A stretch of 64,000 nt of DNA from Bacilliculturomica massiliensis (GCF_900605495.1 NZ_LR027602.1:514456-578455), one strand, 5' to 3'. Shown: positions 45,774-56,349, counted from the first letter of the stretch. Numbers and translations: made by a program. The notes: a model not told the origin generated them from the letters alone.

Positions 45774-46814
45774 TCATTTTTTCCGGAGACCGGCCGGATC
45801 GTTACCGTCCGCTGTTTCGCCGGGCCTGCCGGGGTGCACGTCCACGCTGTCCTGCGATCCCCCGCTCATGGGTGAACGCTTTATCTTCCGTCTTTTGGTA
45901 AACCAGAGGATCGAGACTACCACGGCGGCCAGGATGAGGATCGGCACCAGGTTGTAGGCCAGCAGCACGATAACGGCGCCCAGACCGTCGCCCGCGTTCA
46001 GGAATCCGTCCCGGAAAGCGGCGCCCAGTCTCTGGGAGAAGGAGACCTGCCCGGCGGAGCCGGAGCTCAGGCGATCCACCTGACTCAGCGTAATGTTCAC
46101 GGTGGAATAGCCGATCAGACTGTCGTAGCGGTTCAGCTGGGTGGTATACTGTTCGATCTCGTACTGCACGTCTGTCAGGGAGTCCTCCAGAGCGATGATG
46201 TCTTCCATTTTCGTGGCCTGGCCCATGAGCGTCAGAAGACGTTCCTCCTTTGTGCGCAGCGTCTTAACTCTCAGTTCCGTATCGTGGTATTGGGCTCCCA
46301 CGTCCTCTGCGGATTCTGATCGGCTGACGAGATGGCAGACGTTCTCCGCCGAACTGAGAAAAGCATCAAAGTGTTCCCGGGGCACCCGCACAGTATAATA
46401 ACCCCGGCGGCCGGATCCGGCGCCATAGGCGCCCAGATCCACCTCTGTGTTTTCAAAGTAGCCGTCATAATCGCTTACAAGCTGGTTCAGACTTTTTGCC
46501 GACTGCTCAAAATCTGTGGTCTCCAGAACGAGAGAGGCGCGCAGGATCAGTTTTACGTCCGCGCCTTCCGGACGGGAGGGGACGCCGGACTCATCCGTTT
46601 GCGCCGACTCGGCGGACGTCCCGTTGATTCCGGCGCCGTAATGAGTTTCCGTATCCGCGATGGAATCGCTGGAAGGGGCGCCGCCGGCGCCGCAGCCGGC
46701 CAGAAGCAGGCAAAGGAGGAGCAGGACGGCGATCGGAAGAAAAAGAGACCGCTGTTTTCTGTTGAGTTTTCCGTCGTGATCCCGGTGTTTTTTCCCACTG
46801 TGACAGATTCTCAT
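45774..46814 (-). CDS. DUF4349-like lipoprotein/membrane protein (N-terminal lipobox, coiled-coil middle, C-terminal TM)
   Basis: LLLCLLLAGCGAG lipobox. C-terminal TM at VIVLLAYNLVPILILAAVVVSILWF. RBS GGGAAAGGA. Confidence 0.6.
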   Translation of the reverse strand: MRICHSGKKHRDHDGKLNRKQRSLFLPIAVLLLLCLLLAGCGAGGAPSSDSIADTETHYGAGINGTSAESAQTDESGVPSRPEGADVKLILRASLVLETTDFEQSAKSLNQLVSDYDGYFENTEVDLGAYGAGSGRRGYYTVRVPREHFDAFLSSAENVCHLVSRSESAEDVGAQYHDTELRVKTLRTKEERLLTLMGQATKMEDIIALEDSLTDVQYEIEQYTTQLNRYDSLIGYSTVNITLSQVDRLSSGSAGQVSFSQRLGAAFRDGFLNAGDGLGAVIVLLAYNLVPILILAAVVVSILWFTKRRKIKRSPMSGGSQDSVDVHPGRPGETADGNDPAGLRKK

Positions 46815-46833
46815 GAGAATTCCTTTCCCGCGC

Positions 46834-47286
46834 TTATTTCAGCGCAAATTCATCGGAGATGGATTCGCCGTCGGGCCAGTCCTCCGTCTGAAATGTCAGA
46901 CGGTAATTGCCGGCGGACAGATCGGGGTAAAAATCGGTGGAGAGAACAGAATTCAACTTTTCATCCACATAGTCGGGAGTTCCGCAGAAGATTCCCGTGC
47001 AGTCCACGGAACGCCATTCTCCGTCTTCTTCCCGCTCCAGAAGCGGCACCAGCACTACCTTCCGCGTTTCTCCCGTCTCGTTGATGATGGTGTAAGGGAT
47101 CTCCGCGATAGTCAGAGGATAGACGTCCTCCGTCATTTCCAGACGAAAGGCGCTCTGTTCCGCTTCGCTTCCGTCGTCCTGCACGCCGCCGGATCCGTCC
47201 TGATCGGAGGGCAGGTCAGCGGCCCCGCAGGCAGCTGTGAAAAGACACAGCGCAATGCAGAGACCGGTCAGTAATTTTTTTCTCAT
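46834..47286 (-). CDS. Lipoprotein, function unknown
   Basis: Start at MRKKLLTGLCIALCLFTAACGA after GAGGAG. 150 aa. Confidence 0.6.
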   Translation of the reverse strand: MRKKLLTGLCIALCLFTAACGAADLPSDQDGSGGVQDDGSEAEQSAFRLEMTEDVYPLTIAEIPYTIINETGETRKVVLVPLLEREEDGEWRSVDCTGIFCGTPDYVDEKLNSVLSTDFYPDLSAGNYRLTFQTEDWPDGESISDEFALK

Positions 47287-47653
47287 ATCCAATACTCCTC
47301 GCCAGACTTTTTCACTGCAGAAGCCGGGAAAAAGCCAAGTGTTTTTCGGCCTGCCGCGGCGGCGGCCGGGTCTGAGCAAAGACCGGCGGCCGGGCTGCGC
47401 GGGGCCTGATAAAGATTAGACGGGAAAACACCAAAAATGTTCCAGTTTTTTTTGGCGGTCGGACCGTCAGACCAACAGAACGCGCGTCTCTGCGGAGTTG
47501 AAAGGGCGCGCCTGCAGGAAACGACGGGCGGCAGCATTTTTAGTTGTGGAACGGAGCGAGGCAGGGTATAATAAAGCGTAAGTTATCATGTCGGGCGGCG
47601 GGAAAATTTCAGGAAAGCCTCTGACCCGGGAAGGAAAGTAAGAAGGATAATAA

Positions 47654-48358
47654 ATGAGACTGAATAAATACATCGCACAGGCGGGCGTGGCCTCCAGGAG
47701 AAAGGCGGACGAGCTGACAGCGGCGGGCAAAGTAAAAATCAACGGCGTGGTAATGACGGAGATGGGATACGATGTGAAGCCGGAGGACGTGGTCGAAGTG
47801 AACGGCCGGGCGCTGGAAAATGCCGCCAGGCCGGTCTATTACGTGCTGAACAAGCCGGTGGGGTACATCACCACGGCCCAGGATGAGCAGGGACGGCTCA
47901 CGGTAATGGAGCTGATGGCCGATGTGGAGCAGAGAGTGTTTCCCGTTGGACGGCTGGACTGCAATACATCGGGGCTGCTGATCATGACCAACGACGGAAA
48001 TCTGGCCTACCGTCTCACCCATCCAAAGCACAATGTCTATAAGACGTACCGGGCCCGGGTCAGCGGATTTCTGTCGCCCGGCAGGGTGGAAAAACTCAGG
48101 ACCGGCGTGGATATCGGCGGATATGTGACGGCCCCGGCGCAGGTCGCACTGCTCAGGCAGGGGGATCGCTCCGCGATCGTGGAGATCAGTATCTGCGAGG
48201 GTAAGAACCGGCAGGTGAGAAAGATGTTCGCCGCTGTGGGCAACAAAGTGGTGGAGCTTCAGCGCACGGCTATCGGCGAACTGAAGCTGGGCCGTCTGAA
48301 GGAAGGGCAGTACCGAAAGCTGACGCCGAAGGAAGTGGAGTATCTGAAAAACTGCTGA
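47654..48358 (+). CDS. RsuA/RluB-family rRNA pseudouridine synthase
   Basis: N-terminal S4 domain (RLNKYIAQAGVASRRKADELTAAGKVKINGV) plus the catalytic VGRLDCNTSGLL motif. Confidence 0.85.
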   Translation: MRLNKYIAQAGVASRRKADELTAAGKVKINGVVMTEMGYDVKPEDVVEVNGRALENAARPVYYVLNKPVGYITTAQDEQGRLTVMELMADVEQRVFPVGRLDCNTSGLLIMTNDGNLAYRLTHPKHNVYKTYRARVSGFLSPGRVEKLRTGVDIGGYVTAPAQVALLRQGDRSAIVEISICEGKNRQVRKMFAAVGNKVVELQRTAIGELKLGRLKEGQYRKLTPKEVEYLKNC

Positions 48359-48452
48359 CGGTCCGCGGAATTCCGCGGTCTGTTTTGAGATAGCCGCAGG
48401 CGGGTATACTATGAGAAAACAAGAGCTTTAAGCCGGAAAGGATTTTCATAGT

Positions 48453-49250
48453 ATGGGAGACTTTTATCCGGTGGGACTGGCGCTTACAGGCACCGGTTTC
48501 ACCTTTTTTATGACGGCGCTGGGAGCGGCCGTCGTCTTTTTCGTAAAAGACGTCATATCGAGTAAAATAGAGAGCGCGTTTCTGGGCTTTGCCGCAGGCG
48601 TGATGGTGGCCGCATCCGTGTGGTCCCTTTTAATGCCGGCAATGGACTTCGCCCGTCAGCAGGGCCAGAGCGAGCTGCTGACCGCAGCGGGAGGTTTTCT
48701 GCTGGGGGGCGTGTTTCTGTTTCTTCTGGACAAAACGCTGCCTCATCTTCACGTTCAGGGCGACGAGCGCGAGGGAGTGAAGACAGACTGGAACCGCACC
48801 ACGCTTCTGGTGCTGGCGGTAACGCTGCACAATATCCCGGAGGGTCTGGCCGTGGGCCTGTCTTTCGGGCTGGCAGGCATGGAAAACCAGAATGTATCCC
48901 TGGCCGCCGCCATGGTTCTGGCTCTGGGCATGGGACTTCAGAATTTTCCCGAGGGAGCGGCGATCTCTCTGCCCCTGAAAAAAGAAGGCTGTTCGAAGAT
49001 GAAGTCCTTCGTCTACGGAGCGCTGTCGGGCATCGTGGAACCCATCGCAGGCGTCATCGGCGCCCTGATGGCAGAACATATCGTGACCGCCATGCCGCTG
49101 CTGCTGTCCTTTGCGGCGGGAGCCATGATCTACGTGGTGGTGGAGGACCTGATCCCTCAGGCCCACCTGGGCGAACACTCCCACGGCGGAACGGTGGGCG
49201 TGATGCTGGGCTTTGTCCTCATGATGGTGCTGGACATCGGCCTGGCGTGA
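48453..49250 (+). CDS. zupT: ZIP-family zinc/metal transporter (ZupT-like)
   Basis: The HNIPEGLAVG and QNFPEGAA motifs are typical of ZupT. Confidence 0.85.
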   Translation: MGDFYPVGLALTGTGFTFFMTALGAAVVFFVKDVISSKIESAFLGFAAGVMVAASVWSLLMPAMDFARQQGQSELLTAAGGFLLGGVFLFLLDKTLPHLHVQGDEREGVKTDWNRTTLLVLAVTLHNIPEGLAVGLSFGLAGMENQNVSLAAAMVLALGMGLQNFPEGAAISLPLKKEGCSKMKSFVYGALSGIVEPIAGVIGALMAEHIVTAMPLLLSFAAGAMIYVVVEDLIPQAHLGEHSHGGTVGVMLGFVLMMVLDIGLA

Positions 49251-49376
49251 CCGATCCCTTTTCGGATGGGGCAAAGGCGGGATAACGGCGGGGCAAAAGC
49301 GCAGTAAAGACTGGAAAAGACGCGGCAATGATCGGGAAATGATCGGGAAAGAATTGTACAAGGGGGATGTGGCAAG

Positions 49377-50057
49377 ATGCAAAATTTTTCTCAGGAACTC
49401 AGGGGAGCGATCTTCGACATGGACGGTACGCTTCTGGATTCTATGTCTATCTGGAATGATATGGGCGCCAATTACCTTCTCAGCCGGGGCGTAAAGCCCA
49501 GGCCGGATCTTCTGGAGGCCCTGCGTCCGCTGAGCCTGCGTCAGGCGGCGGAGTACCTGACCGCTCATTACGACGTGGACCAGACGGAAGAGGAGATCAT
49601 GGAAGCGGTTAATTCCAGCATCGAACATTTTTACAGAGAGGAAGCGCAGCTGAAGCCGGGCGTGCTGGAGATGCTTGAACGGTGGAAAACGGCGGGGGTG
49701 CGGATGTGCGTGGCCACAGCCACGGACCGCTATCTGGCGGAAGCGGCTCTGTCCCGGACCGGCGCGCTTGCGTACTTTGAAAAGGTCTTTACCTGTACGG
49801 AACTGGAGACGGGAAAGGACCGGCCCGACATTTTTCTCACAGCGCTGGATTATCTGGGAACGGACAAAGAGTCTACCTGGGTCTTTGAAGACGCGCTGTT
49901 TGCGGCGCAGACCGTCAAAGGAGAAGGGATCCCCCTGGCTGTGATCCGGGACGCCTCCTCCGAAGATCAGAGGGAAGAATTGTTGGCCCTGGCGGACGTG
50001 TATATCGAGAACTGGGCGGAATTGCCCGGATTTATGGCGGATCCGGAGATCCTTTGA
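49377..50057 (+). CDS. HAD-superfamily hydrolase (subfamily IA, beta-phosphoglucomutase-like)
   Basis: DMDGTLLDS motif I plus downstream HAD motifs. Confidence 0.8.
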   Translation: MQNFSQELRGAIFDMDGTLLDSMSIWNDMGANYLLSRGVKPRPDLLEALRPLSLRQAAEYLTAHYDVDQTEEEIMEAVNSSIEHFYREEAQLKPGVLEMLERWKTAGVRMCVATATDRYLAEAALSRTGALAYFEKVFTCTELETGKDRPDIFLTALDYLGTDKESTWVFEDALFAAQTVKGEGIPLAVIRDASSEDQREELLALADVYIENWAELPGFMADPEIL

Positions 50058-50204
50058 GAGCGCCGGAAGGACGCGTCTGCCGCCGGATGCCGGCGGAAGG
50101 GGAACAGGTGTCCTTCTGGAAAATACACAAATCGTCCTTTTTGTACGGAACAGATTCGACTGCGCGGTCGGCCGTGATTTTTGTATTATTTATATGGAAA
50201 GCGT

Positions 50205-50233
50205 TTGACCTTTCCATAGCGGTGGTATATAAT
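50205..50233 (+). promoter_or_regulatory. Promoter (TTGACC, 17-nt spacer, TATAAT) driving the SAM riboswitch and metK
   Basis: ttgacctttccatagcggtggtatataat. Confidence 0.5.
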
Positions 50234-50254
50234 AAGCATCGTTGAAAACAAAAT

Positions 50255-50432
50255 AGTTTTGCCTTATCAAGAGCGGCTGAGGGAATAGGCCCTGTGAAGC
50301 CCGGCAACCTAGGTGCGTGGCGCGCGAGCGTCAGGTAGAAAAGGTGCTAAGTCCTACAGGTGAAAACCTGAAAGATGAGGAATTGCGTGTAAACCCAAAA
50401 AACCTCTTCTTTCGTGAGAAGAGGTTTTTTAA
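50255..50432 (+). ncRNA. SAM-I (S-box) riboswitch with a terminator expression platform
   Basis: cttatcaagagcggctgagggaataggccctgtgaagcccggcaacc...ggtgctaagtcctacagg matches S-box conserved blocks. The terminator aaaaaacctcttctttcgtgagaagaggtttttt lies at 50396..50430. Confidence 0.85.
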
Positions 50433-50672
50433 TCGGAAGAACGTACCGAAGAACGGCGCGGACGGAAGAGAAACGGTTTGCCTCGTGAAAGTGAGCGAGC
50501 TGAAAGAATTTCAAGAGACTTTTTAACGAGGCCGGGAGACCGGCAGATAACGCGATAAGGCGGACCAGTATGAGGAAGCCTGCCGCTTCGGCGGAGGGAG
50601 GTCCTGCGGAAGGAAACGACCGCGGGAAAGAGCTCCCGTCCGGCGGAGCGCTGGTGTAAAGGAGGATTTAAA

Positions 50673-51860
50673 ATGGCGAGAAGATTATTTACATCCGAGT
50701 CCGTCACCGAAGGACATCCGGATAAGATGTGCGACCAGATCTCTGATGCGATCCTGGACGCGATCATGGAAAAAGACCCCCAGGGACGCGTGGCGGCTGA
50801 GACCACTGTTACCACCGGTCTGGCGCTGGTAGTGGGTGAGATAAGCACCAACTGTTACGTAGATATTCCCAAGACGATCCGGGATGTGATCTGTGAGATC
50901 GGATATACAAAGGGAGAGTACGGCTATGACGGCAGGACCTGCGCGGTGATGACGGCTATCGACGAGCAGTCCGGCGACATTGCCATGGGCGTTAATAAAG
51001 CGCTGGAATATAAGGAAGGTATCCTTTCCGACAATATCGACACCATAGGAGCGGGAGATCAGGGACTGATGTTCGGCTATGCCTGCAACGATACGCCGGA
51101 GCTGATGCCCATGCCTATATCGCTGGCGCAGAAGATGGCGAAGCGGTTGTCCGACGTGAGAAAATCCGGCGAGGTCCCCTATCTGAGACCGGACGGAAAG
51201 ACGCAGGTCACCGTAGAATACGACGGGGACAAAGTGGTCCGGGTGGACACTGTGGTCGTCTCCACTCAGCACGACCCGGAAGCGACCCAGGAACAGATCC
51301 GCAAAGATATGATCGAAAAGGTGATCAAGCCTATCGTGCCTGCGGAACTGCTGGACGATAATACAAAGTACTACGTAAATCCCACCGGACGTTTTGTGGT
51401 GGGCGGTCCCCACGGAGATTCCGGGCTGACCGGCAGAAAGATCATCGTAGACACTTACGGCGGGTTCGCCAGACACGGCGGCGGCGCCTTCTCGGGGAAG
51501 GATCCCACAAAAGTGGACCGCTCCGCGGCTTACGCGGCCCGCTACGCGGCCAAGAACATCGTGGCCGCCGGATTGGCCGACCAGTGTGAGATCGAGCTGG
51601 CCTATGCCATCGGCGTGGCGAAGCCGGTTTCCGTTCTGGTGGACAGCCACGGAACCGGAAAGGTATCGGACGAAAAGCTGGCGGAACTGGTGGAAAAGCA
51701 TTTCGACCTGCGGCCGGCGGCTATCATCCGCGATCTGGACTTGAGACGGCCGATCTACAGACAGGTAGCGGCGTACGGTCACTTTGGGAGAACGGATCTT
51801 GACCTGCCCTGGGAGAGAACGGACAAGGCGGAACTGCTGAAGAAAGACGCAGGACTGTAG
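50673..51860 (+). CDS. metK: S-adenosylmethionine synthetase
   Basis: [30 protein letters not shown] is a canonical MetK sequence. 395 aa. Confidence 0.95.
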   Translation: MARRLFTSESVTEGHPDKMCDQISDAILDAIMEKDPQGRVAAETTVTTGLALVVGEISTNCYVDIPKTIRDVICEIGYTKGEYGYDGRTCAVMTAIDEQSGDIAMGVNKALEYKEGILSDNIDTIGAGDQGLMFGYACNDTPELMPMPISLAQKMAKRLSDVRKSGEVPYLRPDGKTQVTVEYDGDKVVRVDTVVVSTQHDPEATQEQIRKDMIEKVIKPIVPAELLDDNTKYYVNPTGRFVVGGPHGDSGLTGRKIIVDTYGGFARHGGGAFSGKDPTKVDRSAAYAARYAAKNIVAAGLADQCEIELAYAIGVAKPVSVLVDSHGTGKVSDEKLAELVEKHFDLRPAAIIRDLDLRRPIYRQVAAYGHFGRTDLDLPWERTDKAELLKKDAGL

Positions 51861-52141
51861 GCTTCGGAAATAAAATCAGCCGGGTCTCAGCGAGATTGGC
51901 GTAGGGAGAGCGGAAGGAATGTAGGAAATCCGCGGATAAACGCGCCGGCAGTTCGTCCGCGGATGCACCAATTTTTATCCCTGGGGATAAGATGTATTGT
52001 GCGGTACAGGAAATGGCCGCAGAGCAGGCCGTTTCCCGCGCTTGTCTTCCGTCTGCAGGAGTCTGCCGGCGGAAGACCGATCAGAATTATCGACAAATGT
52101 GGATTGAAGGAGAAGCGTCAGCGCTTCGCAGGAGGAAAATA

Positions 52142-53458
52142 ATGAGCTTAAAAGTAGCAAAGTTTGGAGGAAGCTCTGTAGCAGACGCCATTCAGCTGGC
52201 AAAGGTAAAGAAAATCGTCGACCATGATCCTGCGCGCAGGTACGTGGTGGTATCTGCGCCGGGAAAGCGGTTCGACGGCGACAATAAGATGACAGACCTG
52301 CTTTATCTGTGCAGGACCCATATCGAACACAATGTGCCTTACGATCAGGTGTTTCAGGTGATCTGCGACAGATTCCGCGCCATGGAACTGAATCTGGGCG
52401 TGAAAGTGGACCTGGACAGCGAATTTGACACGATCAGAAAGAATCTGGATGAGGGAGCGGGCCCGGACTACATAGCCAGCCGAGGCGAGTATCTGAACGC
52501 GCTGCTGACGGCCAGCTATCTGGGTTTTGATTTTGTAGACACGGCCGGACTGGTACGGTTCGACGAGAAGGGCAGACTCATGGATGAAGAAACGGACAAG
52601 GCTCTGAGAGAAGAGCTGGAAAAGCATGAAAACGCTGTGCTCCCAGGCTTTTACGGGACCACGCCCGACGGAAAGGTGAAGACCTTCTCCAGAGGAGGCT
52701 CCGATATTACAGGGTCTCTGGTGGCCAAGGCCGTGAGAGCGGACGTCTACGAGAACTGGACGGACGTGCCGGGCTTTCTGGTGGCCGATCCCCGCATCGT
52801 CAACAACCCGGAACCGATCGAAACGATCTCCTATCAGGAACTGAGAGAGCTGTCCTACATGGGCGCCAGCGTGCTCCACGAGGACGCCATCTATCCGGTG
52901 CGCACGGTGGATATTCCCATCAATATCAGAAATACCAACGATCCGCAGCACCCGGGAACCACCATCGTCTCCGAGGCGAGCCCCAAGGACGGCAGGATCA
53001 TCACCGGCATCGCGGGAAGCAAGGGCTTCACGGTCGTTGCTCTTTACAAGAACATGATGAGCTCCGAGCGGGGGTTTGTCCGCCGGACCCTGGGCATCTT
53101 CGAGGATCTGGGCATCAAGTTCGAACATCTTCCCAGCGGCATCGATACGCTGTCCATCGTCATCTCCAACAAGGAGCTGGGCGATCGGCTGCCGGAGCTG
53201 CTGGAGGAGATCGAGCGCAGAATGAATCCTGACAGCATCGAGGTCAGCGACGATATCGCGCTGATCGCCACCGTGGGCTGGGGAATGGCCCGCCGCACCG
53301 GCGTGTCGGCCAGATTGTTCGGCGCGCTGGCGGAAGCGGAGGTCAATATCCGCATGATCGATCAGGGTTCCAGCGAGATGAATATCATCGTCGGCGTCCA
53401 CAACAAGGACTTCGAAAAGGCGATCCGGGCGATCTACGAGGCATTTCAGGAGAACTGA
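52142..53458 (+). CDS. Aspartate kinase
   Basis: Start at MSLKVAKFGGSSVADA after GGAGGAAAATA. Amino-acid-kinase N-domain and C-terminal ACT domains. Confidence 0.8.
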   Translation: MSLKVAKFGGSSVADAIQLAKVKKIVDHDPARRYVVVSAPGKRFDGDNKMTDLLYLCRTHIEHNVPYDQVFQVICDRFRAMELNLGVKVDLDSEFDTIRKNLDEGAGPDYIASRGEYLNALLTASYLGFDFVDTAGLVRFDEKGRLMDEETDKALREELEKHENAVLPGFYGTTPDGKVKTFSRGGSDITGSLVAKAVRADVYENWTDVPGFLVADPRIVNNPEPIETISYQELRELSYMGASVLHEDAIYPVRTVDIPINIRNTNDPQHPGTTIVSEASPKDGRIITGIAGSKGFTVVALYKNMMSSERGFVRRTLGIFEDLGIKFEHLPSGIDTLSIVISNKELGDRLPELLEEIERRMNPDSIEVSDDIALIATVGWGMARRTGVSARLFGALAEAEVNIRMIDQGSSEMNIIVGVHNKDFEKAIRAIYEAFQEN

Positions 53459-53610
53459 CCGGTTCGGGATGAGAGGGCTGACCAGAGCGGCGCTCTGAAA
53501 ACAGAAACGAACAATTGAATAACAGCCGGACAAAGGCCGTCCGTTTCTTTCTGCTGGAAGGCAGGAAGACAGGGACGGAGGCGTTTGCCCGGCTTTTTCT
53601 TTTTCTGTGC

Positions 53611-53790
53611 TGCTCTTGTCCTGCTTTTGTCCTGCTCTTGTCCTGCTCTTGTCCTGCTTTTGTCCTGCTTTTGTCCTGCTTTTGTCTTGTATTCGCCCTG
53701 TATTCGCCCTCGCCCTGTTTTCGTCCTGCTACCGTCCTGTTTCCCTCCTGCTTTCGTCCTGTTTTCATCCTGTTTTCATCCTGTGGTTCC
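53611..53790 (+). repeat. 11-bp tandem repeat array (cctgctYttgt, 7 near-perfect copies) followed by degenerate related repeats
   Basis: Within tgctcttgtcctgcttttgtcctgctcttgtcctgctcttgtcctgcttttgtcctgcttttgtcctgcttttgtc the gtcctg motif recurs at an 11-bp period. This is followed by ...tattcgccctgtattcgccct...cgtcctg...catcctg. No unique spacers, so it is not a CRISPR array. Confidence 0.8.
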
Positions 53791-53904
53791 GGTTCGGGGG
53801 ATGCTGCGGCCCGGAGCCGGGAAGGCGCCGACAGGAATTTGTTTTAGAGTCACGGGTTTTGTGGTATACTTTACATAGGAAAAAAGAAAGGCAGGAAGGG
53901 ACAT

Positions 53905-54300
53905 ATGGGAGACAGGAGAGAACCCGGGAACCGTCGGGAACCCAGGATTTACACAATAAAGCGTTCTGAGCTGCCGCCGGGATCGGAGAACGGCAGGCCG
54001 CGGGGCATCGTGGCGGCGGTGCGCAGGCGAGGACTGCCGGAGAAAAAAATGCAGGCGTTCAGAGGGAGGGTGCATCCCCTGAAATACGGCCGCCCGGGCG
54101 GCGGGTTCCGGATGAGGATAAAAAGCTGCGCGGACGACTTCTGCGGCGTGCCTGACGATATGCTGGACGAGATGCTGCAGAGGGCGGTAGAAGTGCGTAT
54201 ACAGGAAAATGTGAGAGCGGGATTCCCCACCGCCCACTATGACCGGGAACGGCGCAGGGCGTATATGGAGTACCCGGACGGAAGACGCGTCTATGAGTAA
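53905..54300 (+). CDS. Arg-rich small protein, putative antitoxin or regulator translationally coupled to the zeta-toxin-like gene
   Basis: Its stop TAA overlaps the downstream start (ATGAGTAA). RBS AAGGCAGGAAGGGA. No recognisable domain. Confidence 0.4.
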   Translation: MGDRREPGNRREPRIYTIKRSELPPGSENGRPRGIVAAVRRRGLPEKKMQAFRGRVHPLKYGRPGGGFRMRIKSCADDFCGVPDDMLDEMLQRAVEVRIQENVRAGFPTAHYDRERRRAYMEYPDGRRVYE

Positions 54301-54859
54301 AAAACCGGAGATCATCGTCTTTGCCGGGCCCAATGGGTCAGGCAAGAGCAGCATTACCATACAGGCCCGGATATTACAGCCCTATATCAACGCCGATGAT
54401 ATTAAAAGGGAGAAGGGCTGTACCGATCTGGAAGCGGCGGAAGAGGCGGACAGACTGCGCTTTGCAGCCATAGACGAAAAGCGTGATTTTTCATTTGAAA
54501 CGGTTCTGTCCACGCACAGAAAGATCGAGATGCTGGAGCGGGCAAAAAAGAGAGGATATTTCATTCGCTGCGTTTACGTGCTGACGGACGATCCGCAGGT
54601 CAACATCATGCGGGTGGCGGTAAGAGTGGAGAGCGGCGGACACAATGTGGAAAAGCGAAAAATCGTCCAACGGTATCACCGCTGCATGGAGCTGGTACCG
54701 GAAGTATTCTGGCTTTCCAACGTCTTCTATCTCTACGACAATACGGAACGGCCGGAACGGATCGCCATGAAAAAGCGGGATCAGCTGTTTCTGTACGGCA
54801 ACGACTTCTGGAGCGAGGACCGGATCCTCAATCTGCTGAACCTGATCGTGAAGAAGTAG
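54293..54859 (+). CDS. Zeta-toxin-family P-loop kinase (PezT/zeta-like, AAA-type ATPase fold)
   Basis: MSKKPEIIVFAGPNGSGKSS carries a Walker A motif. About 190 aa, typical of zeta-toxin-family proteins. Confidence 0.7.
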   Translation: MSKKPEIIVFAGPNGSGKSSITIQARILQPYINADDIKREKGCTDLEAAEEADRLRFAAIDEKRDFSFETVLSTHRKIEMLERAKKRGYFIRCVYVLTDDPQVNIMRVAVRVESGGHNVEKRKIVQRYHRCMELVPEVFWLSNVFYLYDNTERPERIAMKKRDQLFLYGNDFWSEDRILNLLNLIVKK

Positions 54860-54930
54860 GGGAAGGCGGTTCCGGGTCGACGGGAGCGGGAATGCAGTGA
54901 AGGTTGTGAACTTGTTATGGGGTCAAAGCG

Positions 54931-55000
54931 GTAAGGTCATGGTTGTAAGGTCAAGGCTGTAAGGTCAAGGCTGTAAGGTCAAGGCTGTAAGGTCAAGGTC
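54931..55000 (+). repeat. 14-bp tandem repeat (gtaaggtcaaggct), about 5 copies
   Basis: gtaaggtcatggtt, then gtaaggtcaaggct three times, then gtaaggtcaaggtc. Confidence 0.85.
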
Positions 55001-55439
55001 TTAGGGGCTGGGGCTTAAGGGCGGCGCCATAAATAAGCGATCTGATTTATATACATAGATCCGTGACGGCAAACTGCATAGAGCGTCCTTTCCGGCTTGA
55101 AAGCGCCGGAAGGGGCGCTGATTTTTTTACGCCGTTTTTCACAGACTGTTCTGCAGCAGGTCTCCGGCTCCGCGGTTTTGCACTTGCAGCGAGTTTGTCC
55201 GCCATTCGCTGCGGTCCGGGGGCGGCTGTGGGGTCTGGCCCCCCTCTCCCGGTAAGTAGTGGGCTTCCGATGGATTGGGGCTTGCGGTTGGATGTTGGGT
55301 CCCGGCGGATTGTGATCTTGTGGTCGGCTGATGGTCTCCAGCGGAGGGATGTCGGTCTCCGGGGCTGCGGATCTCTGGCGGAGGAGCGTCGGTCTCCGAG
55401 GGCTGTTGATTTACGGCGTAATGAGCAATTACTAGATAT

Positions 55440-55590
55440 TTTTTTCTGTTTCACCGAAAAAGAGCTTCCAAATAGGCGATAGTTAATTTTTTTTTGAGAT
55501 TTTGCATATTTTGCAGTAAATATGGTGGGATTATCGCTAATAATCGCGTGTATTTGGGTGATTTCCAATTTTTTTTGCTGTTTTCGCCTA
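55440..55590 (+). repeat. Uninterrupted copy of the roughly 150-bp intergenic repeat family whose other copy (39221..39309 and 41093..41185) carries the IS3 insertion
   Basis: tttcaccgaaaaagagcttccaaataggcgatagttaattttttttt...ggtgggattatcgctaataatcgcgtgtatttgggtgatttccaattttttttgctgttttcgcctac is colinear with both flanks of the IS. Confidence 0.6.
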
Positions 55591-56349
55591 CGCCGACGCC
55601 GGGAGACCGGACAGCGCGTCCATGTCGGCGCAAGGGATCCGTCCGCCAGTTCAGCCCATGCCGTCGGGAGAGCCGCCAGCGGGCTCGTATCATCGCCGAA
55701 CGTCCCAACATCCAGACTGAGTCCACGCTGCGCAAGCGATCTGCCCGCCAGTTCAGCCCATGCCGCCAGCCGGCCTGTTTCCGGAAAAGCGGCAGTCATC
55801 CTGGGCCTGGGCTCTGTGCGGCTGCGGCCGCGGCAAAGTACCTACAGAGCCATCCTGCGAGGCCTTGCATGTGACTGATCCGAATAACGATCTGAATAAC
55901 CATCTGTATAACCATCTGTATAACGATCAGTATGACAGTCCGTATAACGGCCTGTATGACGATCGGGCAACGATCAATTGGGATATGATCAAATAAACAC
56001 TATGACCGTGGAGGGGACCTTCTGCAGAGCTTTATTCCGCAGAAGGTCCTGTTTGCATCTCCTGCCATTTTGATAAAAAGCAAAGGGGACGAGATTATCA
56101 AAATGATAAAGAGGAGGAGTTTTATCGGTTAAAATCCTGAATAACAGCCGCGGTTTGTCGAAATTCGCCGAAACATTGGGAAAACGTCTATCAAATTGAT
56201 ATAAAATCCTTTTCTGTGCTTATCAATATGATAAAATGAATGGAAACAAAAAAATGAAACGTTGAAATCTCAATGTTTTTGACTTGGCATGATTTATGCT
56301 TCCATATGATATCATCGGACTAATCTGCTTTATTAACAGGAGGAAAGAA

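Noticed and set aside
51870-52141. Lysine riboswitch or T-box upstream of aspartate kinase
   Set aside because: The leader is long (about 270 nt) but lacks recognisable L-box or T-box conserved sequence elements on manual inspection.
53611-55000. Short-period tandem repeat arrays considered as possible CRISPR arrays
   Set aside because: The periods are only 11 to 15 bp. There are no unique spacers, no repeat-spacer architecture and no cas genes.
55047-55799. 250-aa minus-strand ORF and overlapping 118 to 139-aa ORFs around 55.0 to 55.9 kb
   Set aside because: They overlap each other and are low-complexity (Pro/Arg/Ser-rich) with no RBS. The region is better explained as decayed, repeat-rich non-coding DNA.
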